DNA from: Hemiscyllium ocellatum
Lineage: Eukaryota
DNA length: 64,000 nt
Reading direction: 5' to 3'
Assembly: GCF_020745735.1 (NCBI RefSeq)
Contig: NC_083422.1
Location: forward strand, 21,080,001 to 21,144,000
The notes beneath the pieces were generated by a model. That model saw only the letters and a program-made list of their open reading frames with translations. It made no database searches and was not told the origin of the DNA. The translations under genes were made by a program, and so were the position numbers. Positions 13,384 to 25,780 of this stretch are shown in pieces; positions within the stretch are counted from its first letter, which is position 1; each line of letters begins with the position of its first letter.

Positions 13384-13940
13384 GGGAGAAAGTGAGGACT
13401 GCAGATGCTGGAGATCAGAGCTGAAAATGTGTTGCTGGAAAGGCGCAGCAGGTCAGGCAGCATCCAAAGAGCAGGAGAATCGACGTTTCGGGCATGAGCC
13501 CTTCTTCAGGAATGAGGAGAGTGTGCCAAGCAGGCTAAGATAAAAGGTAGGGAGGAGGGACTTCGGGGAGGGGTGTTGGAAATGTGATAGGTGGAAGGAA
13601 GTTAAGGTGAGGGTGATAGGCCGGAGTGGGGGTGGGGGCGGAGAGGTCAGGAAGAAGATTGCAGGTTAGGAAGGTGCTGCTGAGTTCGCGGGTTGGGACT
13701 GAGACAAGGTGGGGGGAGGGGAAATGAGGAAACTGGAGAAATCTGAGTTCATCCCTTGTGGTTGGAGGATTCCTAGGCGGAAGATGAGGCGCTCTTCTTC
13801 CAGCTGTCGTGTTGCTATGGTCTGGCGATGGAGGAGTCCAAGGACCTGCATGTCCTTGGTGGAGTGGGAGGGGGAGTTGAAGTGTATGAGCTACCGGGTG
13901 GTTGGGTTGGTTGGTCCAGGTGTCCCAGAGGTGTTCTCTG
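13384..13940 (-). mobile_element. 5'-truncated Penelope-like element (family A): GIY-YIG C-terminus + 3' UTR
   Basis: ORF 13666-13851 reads MQVLGLLHRQTIATRQLEEERLIFRLGILQPQGMNSDFSSF, homologous to 53510-53670. 9-bp TSD AATCCTTAT at 13375-13383 / 13941-13949. Confidence 0.9.
13478..13513 (-). ncRNA. Minimal type I hammerhead ribozyme motif (family A), core intact
   Basis: Minus strand reads ATTC CTGAAGA A GGGC TCAT GCCC GAAA CG TC GATT. Stem II is perfect; stem I has one U-U mismatch. Confidence 0.7.
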
Positions 13941-15509
13941 AATCCTTATCCAGATTTATAAGACTGAGTGATGGAGATAGCGTGAGGGCAAATACCACAA
14001 GTTACCAGGAGTGATCATCTGGAAAACACCATCTCAGGTTCTCAGCATTGCAGCTAGGATTAATTGGTTAATCAAGAGGACATGCAGTCGCTTTAGAGAA
14101 AGGAGAAAAAGTCACTCTAGTTTCAAGCCAACATTGATGGAAGCCTGAAAGTGTCTAATCTCCCTGGTGTCCCAGCTGGAAGGAGACATGGAATATTGAA
14201 AGAAGAAAGTAAACAGAAAGCCTTATAAAATGGATTTTTCACCTCACAAAGGTAAATACTGAAAACATCAAAGTCTATTATTGTGTTAGATCTATATCAT
14301 GATTTGAACTTTTACTGTGTTGTTATAACTTAAAATATTTAACTCAAAACTTGATAAGCTGATAATTAACCAATGTGGTTTTTGAAGGTATTTGGAAAGG
14401 ATATGCAGATCAATTATGCATTTTGTGTTCAAGTGTTGATTGATTCACAGAGTTTTTTTTGTGTTTTTAATTTACTGCTGGCAAGAAGTTAATCTATTCC
14501 ATAGGACATTACTTGGAATCATGCAAATTAAATGGATCATCAATCAAACATTAACCATTTGATATTCAATAAGTCAAACTTAACTTCCACAGATTAAAAC
14601 AGAAATGAACTGACATGAATAAACTCCACTAAGTGCTGTTTCAGGGAGCGTAGTGAAATAATTTATTCAGAGAAAAAGGCAAACTATGACTGGGGAATGT
14701 GTTCTGAAAATGGAAGTTTGAGAAAACATTATCCATAAAAGGAAGTAACACAATGATCTTAAAGGGAAAATGCGTCTCATTATAAAACTCTGCAAAGCAA
14801 AGGTTATGGTTTTGAAATAGGTTGTCCATGTTAGTGAGTTCTTTCACCAGAATCCACAGCTTATACTTCTGATTGCCAGTATGATCCCATATTGACCTAG
14901 TTGAATTTTACTTGATGGCTCTGATTAAATATTTATGATGGTCCCCCATTGTTATTTATACTCTGTTGGGAGCTCACTGTGGACTTGGATGTGTCGTGTT
15001 GGGAGCAAAACATTTAATGCAATCTCTGAGTTCTGTAGTTCTTCAGGTCACTGAACCCTAATGTATTTACTCGATTTGAAATGTGGTCAAGATATCCAGC
15101 AAAGGAGCCCTTTCCCCTTGGCCCTGAGTAAACCAAGCTCAAAAAATGTCAGATCCAAATGGGAAATTGTGGCCTTAGTACTGAATGTGACCTCTACAAA
15201 CGTTTAGTCAATGTTGACAATTGTTCAGTTAGCTCACAAGTCAGCCAAGGAAACATGAAGCAGACTTACCTTGTAATGGCATGCTGTCTTCAGCATGTTT
15301 CCTGCTTCCAGTCACCTTTCCCTTAATCCATTGATTACTGACTGTAATGTAGCACCAATGCACTGGAGATACTTTGGTACCCTTCAAACCCTCTTCCTTT
15401 GTCGGAAGGCATTTCTTTGGTCAAAGGTGTACGTTGCAAGGTTGCAGTGCAAATCTTACATGATGTTTTTATATATTTTCATGAGAATGTGTTCATTATT
15501 GATAACTCC

Positions 15510-16190
15510 ACCATTTGTCATCCCTAATAGTCTTTGAGAAGGAGATGGTAAGTTGTCTTCTTGAACTACTGCAGTGTGTATGATTTAAATATGTTAGATA
15601 GGATGATTCAGGCTTTAAGACCTAGTACAGTGAAGAAATGATGATATTATTCCAAATAACATGTGTAGCTTGGTGCGGAACTTGCATATGGTGTTGTTCC
15701 AGTCTGTAAGCTGCTCTTGTCTTAGGTGATCGAGGTCACATGTTTGTGAGATGTTGCTGAAGGAGCTTTGGTGAAATGCTGCAGTGCAACTTGAAAATAC
15801 TACATACTACTGCCATTGTGTGCCTGCAGTGGAAGGAATAAATGTTTAAGTTTCTGGATGGGGTACCAATTAGTGGGGCACTAGTATGTATTATCCTGTA
15901 TCCTCCATCTGTCATTGTCCCATGAAGGAATGCTTTTTGACTTGAGTTATATCTCCTATGAGAAGCAGATTACCTTTGATCCTATCACTTCTTGTGAAAG
16001 AGGAAATCAGAGCTCAAATTATGACACAACTTCCACATTACTCACCTTCAGGGCTCCTGCTGAAGCTTTGGGCATTAGACTCCACTGTATTGGATAGAAT
16101 ATCAAGGAGAACAAGAAATTAGGATTTTACCACAATTGTAGGCACCAAGGTGTGACAGAGTGGTGAAAAGACAATAGGAAAGCTAACAGG
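15510..16190 (-). mobile_element. Decayed CR1/L2-like LINE 3' fragment (family 2)
   Basis: Reverse complement of the tail seen at 27405-27500 and 32350-32617 (CATCCCTAAT...TTGAGAAGG...TCTTGAAC...GCAGT). Confidence 0.6.
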
Positions 16191-16564
16191 CTTATTTGCC
16201 TTGTAATTGTTTTTTAATTACTGATGGCCCACATAGAGAATAATTTGGAAAGCAAAGTGAGTGCATGCTTGCAAATGTTTGAGTGGGCATAATTGTCAAA
16301 GCAGAACCATGACGGCGAAATCTTGTTGGAGTGAGGTTTAGTTGCACGTTATGTCAGCTTTCCTTACACCCTTCAGCTCAAATATAATTTATGCACTCAC
16401 TTCCTGGAAATGTAAGCTAATAATGGTGCAATTTGATCATCTGGGACTTTATTGTCTGATGGGACCAACATTCATCTTAACCATTGAGCTTTGATGATTT
16501 AGAAAGAGATTTAAAAGAGAGATGAGCGAGTGAGCAATTGGGTTGGAGTCATTTGGATTGAGAG

Positions 16565-17940
16565 AGGAAAAGAAAAGTCAAAAGAACATAAGAAATAGGA
16601 TCTGGTACAGTCTATTCAGCCCCTCAAGCCTGTCCTGCTCTTTAAAAAGATGATGGCTAATCTGCCTCAGGGTTCAACTACTCTTTCATGTCAACTCAGT
16701 ATAGATGTTAACACCCTGATACTTCACAATACTTTCAATCAGCCACTGAAACTCTCTGGGGTAGAAAATTCCAGACATTTGCTGCCATCTGGAAAAAGAA
16801 ATTTTTCCCATCTCTGTTTTAAATGAGGTCCCCTTATTCTGTAACTATGTCCCCTAGCTTAGACTCCATCACAGGTGGAAATATCCTCTCAATGTCTCCC
16901 CTTGTCAAGCCCCCTAAAATTCTTACATGTTCATATACAATCACTCCTCATTCTTCTAAGCTCTAATGAATAATGGCTTAGCATATTCAATCATTCTGGA
17001 TAAGTCAACCCCTTCATCCCAAAAATCAGTGTAGTGCATCTAATTTGAATAGTGTCCAATGCCAGTGTAAACATTTAAAAAAAAATAAATGGATCAAAAC
17101 TTTGCACAGTAGCCCAGGTGCAGCCTCAATAATGCCCAGGACAGTGATAATAAGACTTCCCTGTTTTTAAACTCCAGCCCCCTTTCATCAGAGGTCAAAA
17201 TTCAATTTGTTGTCTTAATTACTTGCTGCACCTGCACATGAATATTTTATGATTCATGCACAAGAGCATCCAGATCACTCTGCACTGCACTTTCTTATAG
17301 TTCTCTCCATTTAAGTAATGGTCTGCCTTTTTGTCTTCCTACCAAAGTGCAAGATGTCACACTTTCCTACACAAATCTTCATCTCCTGGGTTTTTGCTGC
17401 TCCATCACCCTATCTATATCCCTTACAGATTCCTTATGTCCTCATCATAATGTGTCCTCCAACTTAAATTTGGAACATCAGCACATTTGGATACAAAACA
17501 CTCAGCCCCCTCTTCTAAGATACGAATAAAGACGGTAGCAAGTTGAAGCCTTAGAACTAACCCTTGTGCACGCTACTCATTGTGTCTTTCTAAAATTGCA
17601 CAGACCCATTAGTACCAACTCTTGGTGTCATGTGTGCCAACCAATCCTCAATACATGCTAATGTGTCTTGTGCAATCGCCTTTCATGGGGCACCTTATTT
17701 AATGCCTTCTGGAAATTGAAACACTCTACATTTACCAGTTCCCATTCATCAGTTCTGCTTATTATATCCTCAAATTTGTCACCATGATTTCCCTTTTTCA
17801 AAACCATGTTGATTCTATTTGATTACATAAACTTTCCTAAGTTCCCTGTTTCTTCTTGAATAGTATGCTTTAGCATTTTCCCAATGATAGATATATGGCT
17901 AAGAGGCCGGTAACTTCCAGCTTTCTGTCTGTCACTCTCA
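16565..17940 (-). mobile_element. Old CR1 LINE (family 3), left part; resumes at about 19366-19500
   Basis: ATAAGAAATAGGA tail and degenerate RT-region homology to 21970-22920 and 60960-62830. Confidence 0.7.
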
Positions 17941-19365
17941 GAGTTATAGAGTCATAGAGATGTACAGCATGGAAACAAAGCCTTCGGTCCAATCCGTCCA
18001 TGCCAAGCAGATATCCCAACCCAATCTAGTTGCACCTGCTAGCAGCTGGCCCATATCCCTCCAAACCCTTTCTATTCATGTACCCATCAAAATGCCTTTT
18101 AAATGTTGCAATTGTATCAGTCTCCACCACTTCCTCTGGCAGCTCATTCTGTACACGTACCACCCTCTGCGTGAAAAAGTTGCCCCTAAGGTCTCTTTAA
18201 TATCTTTCCCCTCTCACCTTAAACCTATGCCCTCTAGTTCTGGACTCCCCGACCCCAGGGAAAAGACTTTGTCTGTTTATCCTGTTCATGCCCCTCATAA
18301 TTTTGCAAACCTCTATAAGGTCATCCCTCAGCCTCCGATGCTCCAGGGAAAACAGCCCCAACCTGTTCAGCCTCTCCCTATAGCTCAAATCCTCCAACCC
18401 CGGCAACATTCTTGTAAATCTTTTCTGAACCATTTCAAGTTGCACAACATCTTTCTGATAGGAAGGAGACCAGAATTTCACGCAATATTCCAACAGTGGC
18501 CTAACCAATGTCCTGTACAGCTGCAACATGACCTCCCAACTCCTGTACTCAATACTCTGACCAATAAAGGAAAGCATACCAAATGCCTTCTTCACTATCC
18601 TGCCTACCTGCGACTCCACTTTCAAGGAGCTATGAACCTGTACTTCAACGTCTCTTTGTTCAGCAACACACTCTAGGACCTTACCATTAAGTGTATAAGT
18701 CTTGCTTAAATTTGCTTTCCCAAACTCAGCACCCCGAATTTATCTGAGTTAAACTCCATCTGCCACTTCTCAGCCCATTGGCCCATCTGATCAAGATCCC
18801 GCTGTAATCTGAGATAATCTTCTTCGCTGTCCACTACACCTCCAAGTTTGGTGTCATTTGCAAGCTTACTAACTCTACCTCTTATGCTCACATCCAAATC
18901 ATTTATGTAAATGATGAAAAGTAGTGGACCCAGCATCAATCCTTGTAGCATTCCACTGGTCACAGGGCTCCATTCTGAAAACCAACCCTCCACCTCCACC
19001 CTCTCTCTACTACCTTTAAGTCAGTTCTGTATCCAAATGGCTAGTTCTCCCTGCATTCCATGAGATCTAACCCTGCTAACCAGTCTCCCATGGGGAACCT
19101 TGTCGAATGCTTTACTGACGTCCATATAGATCACATCTACCACACTGCCCCTCATCAATCCTCTTTGTTACTTCCTCAAAAAGCTCAATCAAGTTTGTGA
19201 GACATGATTTCCCACACACAAAGCCATGTTGACTATTCCTAATCAGTCCTTGCCTTTCCAAATACATGTACCTCAGGATTCCCTCCAACAACTTGCCCAC
19301 CACTGGAGTCAGGCTCGCTCATCTGTAGTTCCCTGGTTGTCCTTACCACCCTTCTTAAACAGAGG
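17941..19365 (-). mobile_element. Younger 5'-truncated CR1 LINE (RT + C-terminus)
   Basis: ORFs 18197-18625, 18706-18999 and 19112-19303 (QHGFVCGKSCLTNLIE, GPLLFIIYINDLD, VKKAFGMLSFI...RGHRFKV). 3' tail (TAGAGTCA)n at about 17945. Confidence 0.92.
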
Positions 19366-19703
19366 CAAGGGTGTTTTAATAGGAGCTTTCCAAACCATTG
19401 GAACCCTGACAGAATCTAATCAGTACCTGAATATTTTGACTAATACCTCCACCATCTCTGAAGCCAGTTCCTTTAAATCCTCTGGTGTAGGCTATCAGTC
19501 AGAAAGAAAAAGTAAGAAATAACATTTCAAGTTGAAACTTGTAAAATCTCCAAGAACAATTTACTATCTTCAGGAATGAATTTCAATGGATTATTTCTAG
19601 GACACATACCTTTGATTGGCATTAAATTTGCAATTTTCAATTTGGTAGAAATGTACTTGATTATTTTAAGAATGAGCCTTAACTATGCCGACTCTTTAAG
19701 GTA

Positions 19704-19914
19704 CAGGTTGTTCTGCTATAATGCATATTTGGTTAATGCAAATTCGCTTTAATGTGATTAATGAATTGGGCACACTGTTTTCAAAGTGTGAACTATTAAA
19801 ATATATGTTGGCTCTAACATGATTACATCGCCAACAGTTTAAGCGTTGCTTCTAAAGTGTGGTTTTTCTACAATGCACACAAATGCAACCATCATGTTGT
19901 AGAAGAATTACCTG
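19704..19914. mobile_element. Tc1/mariner (Tigger/pogo-like) MITE
   Basis: Imperfect TIRs CAGGTTGTTCTGCTATAA and TTGTAGAAGAATTACCTG, flanked by TA at 19702-19703 and 19915-19916. Confidence 0.65.
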
Positions 19915-21429
19915 TATGTACAGTAAATTTGGCAACTTAACAATTATGTGAATCTGACTTGTATGCAAATTCAATTGTGGCAGTTCGTGTGAAGGCCATT
20001 GGGGCAACACGATGTTGCTGTGGAGATCTGCATTTCCATCAACAATTATCCTGTCTACTCCATTTTTTCTTTCCCACCATTCTCCAAAGATCTGTCACAA
20101 AACTGGCAATAAATAGGAGGATCCTTTGAGTCCAATCAACATCTACACATTACTTCCTATTATTGTGTTAAGAAATGATCACTGCCCAACTTACAGCTAT
20201 CCCTTCATCTGTTTCTGCTGACTGGCACAGAATTTATTTTTGTCTCTGCATTATGCTCTCTCCCACTCTACATGCTTTTCCTTGGTTCACAATTTACTTC
20301 TCCTATTATTGTCACTATTTTAATGAATTGCTACTGAATGCCTTGAAGTCAATGCCATCCTTTTCACTGACATCTGTTTCTTGTGTGTCTCTTGAGAGAG
20401 AGCATTATTTGGTTTCTCTACAACCTCCTTGTCAACCATAGAAGTAAAGAGCCAAGTTTATTTTGAAATGTTTCTGTAAGGTTACTTACTCAACCTGTCC
20501 CAAGTAATAACTGTTGATTTATAGATTAATTGAGATTCATATCCTCAATCTGATTGTACAAATATATAACAGATATGAACAGATCACTGAAATCAATGAG
20601 TTTCAGTTACAGGAAAATAATTCCATTGTTAACAGATCAGAGCAAGTCTCAGGGCTGGATTTTAACTTCCAGATGCTGGCTGTAAAACTTTAAGACTCAA
20701 GACTCATCAAGTTTCACCAGACAGGAAAATTGGATGGCTGGAGGCTAGTCAGTGAAAATGACATGGTCATTTTCTATACCTTTGAGAGCCCACGACAGTG
20801 GTTGTTGCAAACTTCCTTCATATAGTGCGGGTATTAGAAGCAATGCCTGAGTAATTCAACTGCTGGCTTTGTGATGATTCATTTATCGCCCTTTCCCTCA
20901 TGTGGCTCCTCAGTACAGCATTGCAGAGGCTGCCAACAGGAATCATGTACCAATGCATGGAAGGGAGACCTGGAGATTTAAAATCTATATATCAAATAAA
21001 AAAGCAGAGAAGCCCACCACACATTGAAAGACTTGTGACTGCCACCAGTATAACGGACATAGATCTTCATAACGTACAGCCTGTCAGCCTAAATCAGTTG
21101 TCCATTGAGGAAGTGGAACCCCTTGTGATGGAGAAATAGTCCAGCCTGCTGATGTGGACTATGCAACGCAATGTGCATTGTCATGAACCCTGAACTTATC
21201 TTGTTTTGGGCTCCAGCAAGGACTCCATTTCTTGGTAGAGTACAATGTCTGCTGCATGCTCAGACCAGGAGCAGGAGAGGTTGTGTCTGCTCAATGTCCT
21301 GTTTTTCATGCTCATTGCTTGGGATTTTTTTTAGAAAAAGTTGGAACAATAGAAGCAGCATGAAGGGGTGGGTGTCAAGCTCTCACAGAACCTGGATATT
21401 ATTTTAATTTTCAGGAGCTGTTGAGGTTT

Positions 21430-21820
21430 GGAATCTGCTAAACATCTCTCCTTGCTACAGCAAAATGGTTGAATTCTCTCCATCTCTGTCTCCAAGTTTT
21501 CTCTTGATGCTCTTTCCTGTTGGATTGGAGCATTTCATAACAGACAATCTATTTTACTGAATTTGCCTTTGCCAAGGGTGTGTTTATAGGATGTTACTGT
21601 ACTTGAACAGTAGTTCAATAATGTACTATTCCGTTAAGTTTTCCAGTAGAATTGTTATTCCAATTTTTCCTTTTGTTTGTATTTTAACTATAGGGTAAAA
21701 ATAAAGTGTGTTTTTCTTCAAGCCTTGTAGTTCTCCCAATTGCATTGCACCTGGAACACAACACCTTACATTTGCTATTTTTAAAATATATTTTGATAGG
21801 GTTTGGTCTGGTCCATAACA
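21430..21820 (+). mobile_element. Possible solo LTR relic (5' boundary uncertain)
   Basis: Contains AATAAA and ends GGTCTGGTCCATAACA, like the end of 57577-58107. Confidence 0.4.
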
Positions 21821-21969
21821 GATTGCACCATGAGTATATGCTGGAGCATCGCCTGAGGATTCCAGGGTAATGCAGGTTCAATCATTCAGGCAGTCTATGA
21901 TGGAGCAGCTCAAAAGTGAAGAATTAGAATCCCTTTTAAAATCAATAAAGATTTAATGTGATTTGGTGA

Positions 21970-22920
21970 CCCACAGACCATAAGATGTCAGAGCAGAATT
22001 AGATCTTTTTGTCCATTGAGCCTGCTCCACCATTCAATCATGGCTGATTTGTTTCTCAAGCTCATTCTCCTACCTTCTCCGCATAATCTTCAATGCCCTT
22101 ACTAATCAATAACTTATCTATCTCTATCCTAAATATATTCAAAGACTTGGCCTCCAATGTGTTCTGTGGCAATCAGTTCAATACCCTTAGTTTCTTTGTT
22201 CAGTCCATTAATGTATAATGTGAAGAGTTGTGGTCCCAACTCTGACCCCTTCAGAACTCCACTGGTCACCTGCTATCATACTGAAAAGATCCCTTTATCC
22301 CGACTCTCTATCTTCTACCAGTTGGCCAATCCTTATACATGCCACCACCTTGCCCTAAACACCATGGGCTCTTATTTCATTTGGTAGCTTCCTGTGTGGC
22401 ACCTTGTCAAATGCCTTCGAGAAATAAATCACATCCCCTGGCTCTGCTTTGTCTAACTTGCTCATTGCCTCCTCAAAGAATTCTAACAAATTTGTCCAGC
22501 ATACCCTCCCACTGATGAAGCCATGCTGACTCAGCCTCATTTTACCATACACTTTGTAGTATTCTGCCAATTCATTCCTAATAATGGACTCTAACTTCTT
22601 ACCAATGACTGAGATCAGGTTAACTGACCTATAATTTCCTGTCTTCTACCTCCCACCCTTCTTATACAGGGGCGTTACATTAATCATCTTTCATTCCTCT
22701 GACCCAGCTCTGACTGCATTGATTCCTGGACAATCATCTCCATCCCTCTAACATCTCCTCAGCTGTCTCCTTCAGAACCTGGAATGTAGTCTGGGTGATT
22801 TATCCATTGTCAGACCTTTCAGCTTCCCCAGCATTCTCCTAGCATTGGCCACTGTACTCACCTCTGTCCTCTGACTATCTTGAAGTTCTCCTATGCTACT
22901 GGTGTCTTCCACAGTGTTAC
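21970..22920 (-). mobile_element. CR1 LINE (family 3) fragment with internal deletions
   Basis: ORF 22355-22570 reads SQHGFISGRVCWTNLLEFFEE...FSKAFDKVPHRKL. ACCATAAGA tail present. Confidence 0.8.
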
Positions 22921-23522
22921 TAACTTCTAGAGAGTTGCTGAGAAATCCATGGAACTGTGATTTGTTTTCCTGCTCTAACTTTGTATAGAAAAGTTTATTT
23001 TTGTTTGTCTGAAGCTGTGGAATCTGGCAGCTTTATTCTTTTTAGTAAGTATCTTGAATCTCTAACTTTAAACAAAATATGTTATTGACCCCTAGCCAAA
23101 CCATAACTCAAATGTGATAGTCAAGTCATGAATCAAGCTTTCAATTGCAACCTGTAGAATAGGGTTGTCTCCCAAACTGTGAAGCCTCATGCTTTCTCAT
23201 TCCTGATTCTCTCCTAAATATAGTAAGTGTTTCTCGTGGTGTAGAGTGTCGTATGTGTACCTTCTCTTTAGGAGAGTGCACTTGAAGGACACCATGTGCT
23301 CTGTGTGTATGATTTTACAGTTCTGTTGGCATGCAGTCTTCTATGTCTCTGCAAGCTGCACAGACAGCAATCAGTTGGTTTGCTATATCTCCTTTAAAAC
23401 CGAAATGAGTTTGCTAATGTTTAATAAACTAATTCAGGGAGTTAATCAATTCCTGATTGATTATTAGCCCATTATCTTTAACATGGCATGGAGAGTCATG
23501 ATGACTTTCTTGATACATCATT

Positions 23523-23606
23523 AAAAATCACACAACACAGATTATCGTCCAACAGGTTTAATTGGAAGCACACTAGCTTTCGGAGCGATGCTCCTTCATC
23601 AGGTGA
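23523..23606 (-). mobile_element. 84-bp Penelope-like (family B) insertion with 13-bp TSD
   Basis: TSD TTGATACATCATT at 23510-23522 and 23607-23619. Sequence matches the arms of 1658-2231 and 60055-60145. Confidence 0.88.
23571..23605 (-). ncRNA. Minimal type I hammerhead ribozyme motif (family B), intact
   Basis: Minus strand reads CAC CTGATGA A GGAGC ATC GCTCC GAAA GC TA GTG. Stems I and II are perfect and stem III is the palindrome AGCU; predicted cleavage is after CUA. Confidence 0.75.
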
Positions 23607-25044
23607 TTGATACATCATTGTTGGGTTAACTGAGATACTGTTGATATCACCCACTGAGCCTTCAAAGAGCCTCTGCTTGGTTTGATAATGACCATATCAT
23701 TGTTTGAGGTGCCAGCTGTACCCTATACTTTTGTTGGTGAAGTAAAGGACATCCTCAATTTCAAGCAGTCTCCTCCACACATCCACCCTTCAAATTTTCC
23801 CTTCCTATTTCCTTTCCCGAAAGTCACTTAACTTTCAAAATCCAACATTAGTACAAGTTAAAATAGGGAAACAAAAGGTTTAATTTCGATATGTTTTCTA
23901 AATGTTTAAATTAGCATCTTTGTCTCATAGATATAATCCATTAGAACAGATGTTACTGTCAATAAAGCACATGGCAGGTAATTAGTTGGCTTCAAATTTT
24001 AGTTGCTTGTTTGTGACAATTGAAGTAACGCCACATGAAGAAAAATGCTTTGCTCTCATGTCTATTTGTGTGAGGCCCAACCCAACCATGACCTTCCTCT
24101 CTTTGCCCTTGAGGCTAACCACTCATTCATTTCTCTCAGTTTTTAACACACACAGTGAGGGTTTCCAAGGGCATGAAATCACTGACATTTTTTCCCTCTC
24201 ACTCTGTCACACACAGGAAAAAGGTCTCTGTTGTTTTTATGCAAAGTAGTCGCATTTTTTGAAATTTAGCCTTTAACATTCCTTTAAATAATTTTGAAAA
24301 CCTTTTGAAGCTAAAGTCAATAAAGATTCCTTAGTATTGTTCATTGAACAAAAGTATTGGAATCTATACAATTAGGCAAACCACACATACTTATGCTATA
24401 TAACTCTATAGCCCCGAGCCAAAATATTGACCCAGTAGTTCTGTAGGAGCTTACCAATTTTCTGCCATTATGTCGATTTGAAGATGGATAGAAATCATTC
24501 AGGAATGCTGAAATTGGTTTTGCTTCAGCTTCTCATATTTTTTCCAGAGTTCTGCACAAGTTTCACTTCTAACGCTGTGAAATTTCAAGACCACCAACTC
24601 CATGCCCAAACTTTTAGTGAAACGGACGCCATGGTACAACACGATTGAGGAACACAACAGACAATTTAACAGATAAATTTAATCATGTTATTGTAAAATA
24701 TGTAATTTTTAGTTTTGGTTACATGCTTATTTTAGACATCAGAAATTTCAGTTACTAATGGAAACATTTTTGGATTAAATCAAGATTTGGGAAGTATTGT
24801 GAGAAAAGTGGGTTGCCCAAGATCCTAAAGGCCAGATTAGGCAAAGAGATTTTAGTTTACATAGATGGTTGCACAGTAAGTATGGATACATAATTGAAAG
24901 AAAACATTATAAAAATGTGACAATTATAAGTAAAACACAATTAGTATGTCATAATGAGATTGTTTTGCATTATAGGTAGGTTTGTATCAATGGCTGGTAT
25001 TCCTTTGTATGCGGGGGTCAGTCAGATCAATAGACTGAATGGTT

Positions 25045-25570
25045 AGAACATAGAACATAGAAAAATACAGCGCAGTACAGGCCCTTTGGCCCTCGATGTT
25101 GCACCGATCCAAGCCCACCTAACCTACACTAGCCCACTATCCTCCATATGCCTATCCAATGCCCGTTTAAATGCCCATAAAGAGGGAGAGTCCATCACTG
25201 CTACTGGCAGGGCATTCCATGAACTCACGACTCGCTGAGTAAAGAATCTACCCCTAGCATTTGTCCTATACCTATCACCCCTTAATTTAAAGCTATGTCC
25301 CCTCGTAACAGCTGACTCCATACGTGGAAAAAGGTTCTCATGGTCAACCCTATCTAAACCCCTAATCATCTTGTACACCTCTATCAAGTCACCCCTAAAC
25401 CTTCTTTTCTCCAATGAAAACAGCCCCAAGTGCCTCAGCCTTTCCTCATACGATCTTCCTACCATACCAGGCAACATCCTGGTAAACCTCCTCTGCACCC
25501 GTTCCAGTGCCTCCACATCCTTCCTATAATATGGCGACCAACCACATCCTTCCTATAGTATGGCGACCAA
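25045..25570 (-). mobile_element. Young 5'-truncated CR1 LINE 3' end
   Basis: Open ORF 25124-25516 (ALERVQRRFTRMLPG...RRFRGDLIEVYK...TRGHSFKL...FFTQRVVSSWNALP) and (TAGAACA)n tail. Confidence 0.92.
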
Positions 25571-25687
25571 TTCAGAGTCATGCCAACAGCATGGGTTTCA
25601 TTCCCACATCAACTGAGGTCACCATGAAGGATTCTCCTTCTTGACCTCTCCCCGACATAAGGGGTGGTGACCCTTAGCTTTAACCAC

Positions 25688-25780
25688 AGCTGCAAATGTG
25701 TTGCTGGTCAAAGCACAGCAGGCCAGGCAGCATCTCAGGAATATAGAATTCGACGTTTCGAACATAAGCCCTTCTTTTTA
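25688..25780 (-). mobile_element. 93-bp Penelope-like (family A) fragment with 15-bp TSD
   Basis: TSD CTTAGCTTTAACCAC at 25673-25687 / 25781-25795. Contains a partial hammerhead motif. Confidence 0.85.

Noticed and set aside
17960-18676. Longest ORF in the track (238 aa, + strand)
   Set aside because: It is the antisense frame of the CR1 ORF2 3' end. Similar antisense ORFs overlie other CR1 copies (e.g. 43440-43712).
20900-21407. Two short plus-strand ORFs in a slightly GC-richer patch
   Set aside because: No recognisable domain or splice structure; probably an old unclassified repeat.
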